The notes beneath the pieces were generated by a model that was given only the letters and a program-made list of their open reading frames with translations, was not told where the DNA came from and did no database searches. Made by a program: the position numbers and the translations under genes. Below, in pieces: positions 58,901 to 64,000 of a stretch of DNA of 64,000 nt (the stretch's first letter is position 1; each line of letters begins with the position of its first letter). The stretch is from Sedimentisphaerales bacterium (GTDB lineage: Bacteria > Planctomycetota > Phycisphaerae > Sedimentisphaerales > SM23-30), in assembly GCA_963666285.1 (NCBI GenBank), contig OY762711.1, one strand, 5' to 3'.

Positions 58901-61900
58901 ATATCACTACGGGTAACATCTCCTTTAATCTTGACGCTGACAAGGTCTTCACCCGCGACAACGGAAGCATTTTCCATACTGGCCGCAGAGAAACTCTTAA
59001 TATACCCGGTAGCTGAAATAGTAGCCTCGGCACGATCACTGGAACGTTCATCGCCAATAGCTCCGCCAACAGCAACTTTTTTAATGTCTCCATCTACGAA
59101 GATAATGCCGTCATAGTTGTTTTTGATTTGAATATTATCAACATTATCATTTGAAGTGAGAATACCTTCAAAACTGCCGTTCACCAGAATCGACCTGGCA
59201 GAATCAATACCAATAACGGCATAAGTTGAAACATTGTCAATTACGGCACGGGATATACTACCCTGGACATTGAATTCTATAGGATTATCAGAATCTGCAT
59301 TTATATCCTTAACGATCAGGTTGCCAATACTGCCGCCAACTGAAAGGCTCATAGCAGCATCAGCATCATCCAAAGTGGAATCAATACCATTGAGTACGAG
59401 TTTTCCTATGTTACCGCCGATATTTAACGAATCACCATCTTCGGAATAAACAAGGGTACCATCAACTACCAGGTTCTTTAATGAACCATCATCGCCGGTA
59501 AAAATACGACCGATCTGAAGTTCTTCATCCAGATCCCTGGTTTGAATCGTTACACTAGTCTTCGAATTAGTATCCTTCAATTGTATCGCTAGGATCTGCC
59601 CGGTTGCTGTATCAAACTGAACAGCCCCCTTTCCGACACCTGACATTTTGAAGGTTACGGTACCATCACCAACCGGGTATTCCAGACTGTCGCCAGCCTC
59701 AAAGCTCAAAAGCTGAGTACCGGGTTCCGCGGTAAGATCAAATTCATCTATATCTATAATTTCCCAGGCACGGAAACCAGAACTTCCGGAAGGTTGTGCC
59801 GGGACATTAACAGTTGTACCACCAATTTTTAATTTACCAATTTCGCCGTCGGCAAAAATACCAAACGGACGATAAGAGCCATTTTCAAGAATACCGATAT
59901 GAGAGCCAATAGTAACGCTTCCTATAGTACTGATACCATCGCCGGCTTTATCCGTTCCGTTCAGGTCACCATACATCCCATCACTACCCGGAGAAACACC
60001 CGCTGCTATACTGGAATATCTTAGGCTTTCAATCTTGATACTGTTAATATTTCCAGAGGTAGCAACTTCTCTAGTATCAACGACATCACCTTCGATTGTA
60101 TATTTAGTCATCAGGAATGCTTCATAAACTGAACAAATTTCAGCCTGTACTGTATCGCTGGTATAATCACCAGCCAGCCAGCCAGCTTCATAGTCGGCTG
60201 CCCAGGCCTGCCCCTGGAAATCTTCCAGTTCCCAGAAATCATCAGTTCCCTGACCGTCTATCTTGGCAAAATCTGCCGGATCGATAGTGCCACCAGCTCC
60301 AGGATCATAACCAACTACAATCACACTATCAGTTACATCAGTAGTAACTTCGATCTTACCGATATTACCGCCAACTACAATAGAAGCGCCACGGATAGCT
60401 GTTGCATAAATAGTACCGACATTACCAGTTACATAAATAGTACCTGAAATTATATCATCGACGATCAATTTATCAAGATCACCATCGATCAGAATTACAC
60501 CGTCTTCGGTAAGACTGCCTTCTTCACCCTCATAACTGCGAAGTATAATCTGTTCGACATCATCAGTTGAAACATAATAACTATCAAGAGAACCGGTAAT
60601 ATCAAGTCCATATCCACCATCAATAATAGCATTTCCGTAAAGATCGCAACCAACAGTCTTAATAGCACCCGTTGTCTCACCTTCAACATTTATCGCACCG
60701 TTAAGGTCACCATTTTTCACGGTAATAGAACCCAGATCATTGCCAATAGTAACATCACCGTTTAGACCGTGGGTTCCTGAAGTCTTTTCTGCCAGGTTAA
60801 TAGAAATACTTTTCGCATTTCCGGCGACAGTAATATCACCTTCGATGTCACCTGTAGTCTTTATAGTTCCCAGATCACCATCAATATTCAAATCTACTAA
60901 AATCTCAGCTTCTGTTTTACCACTGCCTAATTGAAGTTTGTTAAGATCACCGTAGATATTCAGTTCATCACCGTAATTGCCAAGATCGCCGCCACCCTTG
61001 ATCGTTCCAATATCTCCATAAATATTACCTGTAAGATCAAGGATGCCGCCAACTATAAGACTCTTGAGCTCGTAGCCTTTGAAATCGGAATTGGAGTAGT
61101 ACTGATGGCTCTGGTTCAGATAAAGGTCTGCTTCAAAATCTCCTTTAACGTTAATTGTCCCAATCTGGCCTTCAACCGTAATATTTCCACCGCCCAGCGT
61201 GCCTAGATCGCCACCAACCTGCACCTTTTTGAGATAACCGTAATCACCACCAACAACGATATTACTGATAAGGTCCTTGCCTGCCTTAATCAGGTTAAGA
61301 TCACCTTCAACCCATATCGAAGAACCGGTAATATAATTTTTCGCGGAAAGTACATTTAATGAACCGGTAGAAACGGTAAGATCATATATCGAATCACGAG
61401 CTATAATTTTATCAATACCATTGATATTATTAACACCACCAAAAATATTGGTGTCGCTGATAATATTAGCTGAAATAGTGCCTATTTTCATATCAGCACT
61501 AATATATGTACCTTCAATCGAGCCTTCTTTCTTAACATCTAATTTGTTAAGAGAATAACCGGCAGAAATATAACTATCACGAATACCATAACCGCAAACA
61601 CTAATCTGGTTAATCAAACCTGACTGATCGGTTCCGTATACAATAGTTTGGATAGCACTGGAATCTATACCAACGGCATTATTGGTTAAAGTGATTTTAT
61701 TGATATTAGAAGTTCTAATATAAGCCCCTGTCATTTCAGAATCTGCACCAGAAATCAGCAACTCATTTAGAGTATATGTATCAAAAGTGAAATCAAAATA
61801 GACAGACAGACCATTGGCAATACCAAATTCCTGGAAACCGATAGTCGAACCTATGTTAGGGCAACTCCAGCTACCTGCATAATTATAACCTTCAAGGTCG

Positions 61901-64000
61901 GCGCCATCCAGAATGGCAACCTTGTTAATATTTCCAGCAGCAATGATAGCACCGGCAATATCATGATCATAACCTTCAGCCAGTACATAATTGATATCAT
62001 TTGAAACAAAAATACCTGCCTGTGCCCATTCACCGGTACCAGGCGCTTCGAGTCCGTCACCAACATCTATCCTGCCAAGATCACCACGTACCACAATTGC
62101 AGCGCTGACCCCATCAAACTGGCCTTCAAAATCACTGTTATCTGAATTCAATTTAATACTGGAAACAGAAGCTGAAACAAAAATATCGCCATCAGCTCTT
62201 CCGGCAATACTAATTTTTTCGATAGCAACCGAGGAATACATGCCATTGTACATCGAACCGCCCGGAGCTATAGTCAAGGCATTTGCGTAAACAGTCGTTG
62301 GATCGTAAACCAATGGAGCTACAATATATTGACCGGTAGTATTTTCTGAATACCCCAGGTTGCCCTTAAGATTCACACTTTCTAAATCATAGGTAATGTC
62401 CAACAGAGCTTCTAATTCACTATCAGTCACTGCACTACCAAAATCTTCATCTGAAACGTCAGGCAGGCTCACTTCACCCACTACAATGCTAAGCATATCA
62501 CCGCCAACCCATTTTGTCTTTGTTAAACTGCTTCGCTTATCATATGGATTACCGTTCTCATCAAGCCAGTATCCACTACTATTAACAATTGTAGTTATAC
62601 CAGTATATCCAGAAGTGTTTTCTGTTGCTGTATCATCAGTATCATCAGTATCATCGTTAGTAGTGTCGGTATCAGTATCTTCAACTGCAACAGGTGCTTC
62701 AACTTCCAGCCTGAAGATTGAAACAGGTGCATTGCCAGATATAATTACATTGTTATCGATGTTACCACTTACCTGCACATAACCAATTTCTACCGGATCG
62801 TCACCTGTTGTAGATATTCGTATGCCATCTGTTGAAGTGACAGAAACAATAACATTACCGGCACCACCAGGCCATTCGCTTGGAGAAATAGTCGCAATCT
62901 CGCCCGGTAAGATACCATATACCGGGATAAGCCCCACGCTAATCACACCCCCATCATTCAAAATGGTAGTAACTTCCTCTTCTTCGCCATCTTCATTCTC
63001 AATGATCTCAGTTACTTCATAGTCCTCACCTTCATATCCGGGACTTATGGATACTTCGGAACCGGAGTCATCAATAATCTTAATAGTCTGGCCTTCATTA
63101 GAAGTCCATACAGCCGTGCCGCCACCACCAATATAAACATATCGTATATTACCAGCACCACTATATATATCAGGATTATGTGGATCAATGTTTCGACCGG
63201 TACTATAGTCAGCATAATTTGTGCCATGAATAACTATACTATCAATAATACCAGGGGAACCTTCACCATCAGCATTAGCAATCGCCCAGATATCAAACAA
63301 CCAGGTAGTATCGCCGTCGGTAATACCGCCATAATTTCCACCCGTATAAATGGAACCAATATTACCATCAGCATAAATACTGGCTGCTAAATCAGCATCA
63401 CAGTGAACAGATTGGATATCGCCACCGGCATTAATTTCCAGGTATGAATTACCTGCTGCTCTTACCTCGCCAATATTACCAAATGCCACAACATAAGATT
63501 CATCTCCAACATATGCTCCACCGGCATCATCGATCTCATATACAAAGCTTTGCAACCCTTCATGAAGAGTCTCAGTTGAAAGAGAACGAACAGATAAAAT
63601 ATCACCATTGTTTGTTTTAAACTGGCCAAGATGAATATATCCTACAACACTAATAACACCAAGATTACCATTCAAAACCTGGATACCAGGCCTGGAATCT
63701 ACCCCACCGGCATAACTGTCACTGCGGAAATCTTCTAATATTGTACCTCCGCCTAAAGCCGTCTCAGAAACACCTTCAATATCCAGACGGTAATATGACA
63801 GAGCATCTTGAATTAAAACTGTATATGCGCCGGCAATTTCGGTGGTAAATGATATTGATTTATATGCATAGGTTATAGGATCGTACTCTCCGCTTTGAGC
63901 AATTATTTCGCCATTAGGATCGTAAACGACAATACTGCCAACACTTAATGAATAGACAGCTTGAGAACCTGGATCATATGGTATACCGGTTATATCATTT
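52972..64000 (-). CDS. Giant acidic extracellular protein with C-terminal metzincin motif; 5' end lies beyond the window
   Basis: The frame stays open from 63675 to the window edge (manual translation NDITGIPYDPGSQ...). Beta-helix-like GDIGTI repeats, an LDGEF...PSGD...GGDF motif, PPC-like units, HELGHILGLEH and Met-turn NVMNY. Confidence 0.85.
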   Translation of the reverse strand, partial: NDITGIPYDPGSQAVYSLSVGSIVVYDPNGEIIAQSGEYDPITYAYKSISFTTEIAGAYTVLIQDALSYYRLDIEGVSETALGGGTILEDFRSDSYAGGVDSRPGIQVLNGNLGVISVVGYIHLGQFKTNNGDILSVRSLSTETLHEGLQSFVYEIDDAGGAYVGDESYVVAFGNIGEVRAAGNSYLEINAGGDIQSVHCDADLAASIYADGNIGSIYTGGNYGGITDGDTTWLFDIWAIANADGEGSPGIIDSIVIHGTNYADYSTGRNIDPHNPDIYSGAGNIRYVYIGGGGTAVWTSNEGQTIKIIDDSGSEVSISPGYEGEDYEVTEIIENEDGEEEEVTTILNDGGVISVGLIPVYGILPGEIATISPSEWPGGAGNVIVSVTSTDGIRISTTGDDPVEIGYVQVSGNIDNNVIISGNAPVSIFRLEVEAPVAVEDTDTDTTNDDTDDTDDTATENTSGYTGITTIVNSSGYWLDENGNPYDKRSSLTKTKWVGGDMLSIVVGEVSLPDVSDEDFGSAVTDSELEALLDITYDLESVNLKGNLGYSENTTGQYIVAPLVYDPTTVYANALTIAPGGSMYNGMYSSVAIEKISIAGRADGDIFVSASVSSIKLNSDNSDFEGQFDGVSAAIVVRGDLGRIDVGDGLEAPGTGEWAQAGIFVSNDINYVLAEGYDHDIAGAIIAAGNINKVAILDGADLEGYNYAGSWSCPNIGSTIGFQEFGIANGLSVYFDFTFDTYTLNELLISGADSEMTGAYIRTSNINKITLTNNAVGIDSSAIQTIVYGTDQSGLINQISVCGYGIRDSYISAGYSLNKLDVKKEGSIEGTYISADMKIGTISANIISDTNIFGGVNNINGIDKIIARDSIYDLTVSTGSLNVLSAKNYITGSSIWVEGDLNLIKAGKDLISNIVVGGDYGYLKKVQVGGDLGTLGGGNITVEGQIGTINVKGDFEADLYLNQSHQYYSNSDFKGYELKSLIVGGILDLTGNIYGDIGTIKGGGDLGNYGDELNIYGDLNKLQLGSGKTEAEILVDLNIDGDLGTIKTTGDIEGDITVAGNAKSISINLAEKTSGTHGLNGDVTIGNDLGSITVKNGDLNGAINVEGETTGAIKTVGCDLYGNAIIDGGYGLDITGSLDSYYVSTDDVEQIILRSYEGEEGSLTEDGVILIDGDLDKLIVDDIISGTIYVTGNVGTIYATAIRGASIVVGGNIGKIEVTTDVTDSVIVVGYDPGAGGTIDPADFAKIDGQGTDDFWELEDFQGQAWAADYEAGWLAGDYTSDTVQAEICSVYEAFLMTKYTIEGDVVDTREVATSGNINSIKIESLRYSSIAAGVSPGSDGMYGDLNGTDKAGDGISTIGSVTIGSHIGILENGSYRPFGIFADGEIGKLKIGGTTVNVPAQPSGSSGFRAWEIIDIDEFDLTAEPGTQLLSFEAGDSLEYPVGDGTVTFKMSGVGKGAVQFDTATGQILAIQLKDTNSKTSVTIQTRDLDEELQIGRIFTGDDGSLKNLVVDGTLVYSEDGDSLNIGGNIGKLVLNGIDSTLDDADAAMSLSVGGSIGNLIVKDINADSDNPIEFNVQGSISRAVIDNVSTYAVIGIDSARSILVNGSFEGILTSNDNVDNIQIKNNYDGIIFVDGDIKKVAVGGAIGDERSSDRAEATISATGYIKSFSAASMENASVVAGEDLVSVKIKGDVTRSDIVAGVILESVDDLRDSDVEVNQGDIVKVYIGGNFLESNIAAGVAPGEDGQFSTGDDVLNTKIIEKYDAPQVESVSIDIDGGGTGFNTIRIKLVDTVQEKSSNIDSVTIKGIIDETQWTSYEYAIIAAGDIDNVVVHGERFAGDDNVNLAEVSTKQLNTDLINKDILSLEDVASSAVWVQVDGLDQRFASTEEVFQQGVTDDTFVYGTGVSIRYDEATNTILFTDESGLLENLEGANYYKIILNSDVIQNKMGIKLDGEFTGELPSGDSQPGGDFVYTFAVADVGDLATTAFAPFDANDGFPQNYYWEYTSTLGDNRSYTGGVSMLDNDYYTLNNLQEGQILSVQLSDMSIYDDSWYYLADWYDNLFVELLKVEEHEEYNDLGLTSTVAYNEYYEGLSDAPTVASELSELFYSGDSFYGYDDEGGNFFKISVESPDGYDGQTVTSFEVLANDLIDVNSTIRTQGVIESLSAFGGHSGDSFWAIAEYIPASGDSYYTLVQVQNIERDVEIDQSESLAVVVADVDLSSYGLVGLVEDKDYREGEVRDILYGVTADGILYELNADIFSSDFGSIVDQDATDSDPATPIGNIVDTDGNVITDLNITGISQSREGDGLLILHDLQRGDYSSTRTDAIYKITFNSSNQPVAEYWLNPDPAEDGEYDFAGLASSPDGYTLIGMPNYGSPKGDTFTITYANETTSHEFGSDDVASLQAGLLNIYSDLDNHPENKETFSFVQNDLYYGFTIEYNSALTGQLQVEIDDIDFWETVTVNGQTQTMLAGSIVDWAYSDNQFVDVTVVNEVDVFGNVSSSLIIDIDATFAEGEANIYFSADSGSVWTMGQFSMDKVGELQGEDTRDATSTLPQHDMILPDITDLTVSSVVLETTIRLDANDILDFNLRKYLSNYLYSQLEGELDGDLLIEIQNDLIEKGQDELLAEFQASLVYTDYNALAYDSDQGVFALVSTETYDAKPIMVEDPINPEKGDVELTLSVLGDIYEKITPSIVSTEGETQLRITGIKGIEFGAVKQINAADGSTELVDRAELWAIVEVTSTFDPFGSGDIEVVTTDHLIKFEDILNPGENMVTSDWTMSGFDLGNVSELAFGSFPSNDVNPVLSEDKNELFGFDTLTNTLIRFDTREVKIDTDSGSQDVIVNVDFGRPEIIGTIDSGYEITAMDFDSKTRLLAVENNGNSIIQIDTAINAGSDRTKTIELLEEGEYSVLTFDSTLDDSEPILIRTVQGSPEYDSDGMFIRLNDGDWQTHDFGQTTATDLGTVQVSSSGNTDTDHGYYKFDISYTTGQGDITLVIDDIDWSVLGDVDSVKIDDTYSAAILDYDDNTITISIDTDSGSGSLELYFGSTVDILRPGLGYTTTTPVEDAEITIDPYSGTIELVANIEEDGNYVLRVGPTFSSSSLIYSFFGYNLVASEPIKYDLNIYAFNDGDSDFGITVTDSGLAYDSSAPDDSAVDLMDSSLGTEWIADERRYDEDSDDNLYIFNRDDIAGSTDWSMSAEGKLLTAGTAGHIEVTSELAMLQDIDIYKVELAEGQYMQVDVDALKYTGGSDVEFLVGVYNSDLEAIATIYTDSTDTVTPDELVDPDYVVQAINTLDVDGYEDHVLDPMTLKDLDGDGVAETLVGTYYIVVSMLVNSTSDGFVDTNNYGSVNPYTLSITTTDGGKSNIATSDGPQIVYLSFGDKETGENTIAEYLADSFPAASYEDVVERSAFSLDDFKDLPSYFMDDVDGDGLADDRVDVTWEYMVARMVVEIENAYREALDDPDTEVREDLQLIQFVTDIDVHVDRDGDGEEDYPDSAVLSVADFNVNRMEHSTVVIGGSYPLSGLMGIAETVDRHNSDRSDMCTVGSASIGDYYNLFLDGTDEENVDMAVTAIAGTAIHELGHILGLEHSTEVNPDLTYPVDSAAVYEPDNVMNYNPAAIDLAGAKFEERNKMADTDYYSYSVPQPGFQNEIDSLLRNLATKAPSIEDIQ

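Noticed and set aside
63673..63675. TTG at 63675 as the start of the giant protein
   Set aside because: The frame remains open to the window edge and there is no signal peptide at this position.

Overview
AT-rich bacterial chromosome segment, most likely a planctomycete of class Phycisphaerae. This is inferred from the dockerin-like C-termini, the prepilin/H-X9-DG-type protein, the ECF sigma/FecR pair and the M56 protein style. It carries housekeeping genes (partial ftsH, LptE- and BamD-like lipoproteins, lon, hemW, etfAB plus acyl-CoA dehydrogenase, der, mutM, nnrD) and several large secreted proteins. The standout is a blaI-like repressor followed by a 13.8 kb, 4613-aa BlaR1/M56 receptor gene. 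Its ectodomain is an array of domain modules joined by in-frame DNA repeat linkers built from heptamer tandem tracts, GC-rich hairpin-like cores and a GGGGACGGACCCC palindrome. The linkers share architecture with repeat elements lying intergenically in this window. One 360-bp module is a near-identical duplicate exactly bracketed by two palindrome copies. Together this suggests repeat-mediated, in-frame domain accretion or shuffling, which is a hypothesis: no recombinase is encoded in the window. Also visible are paired BlaI-type operators over a sigma70-like promoter, a shared ECF-type promoter motif, and an IMPase-aminotransferase IV fusion. No rRNA, tRNA, CRISPR array or transposase was recognised.
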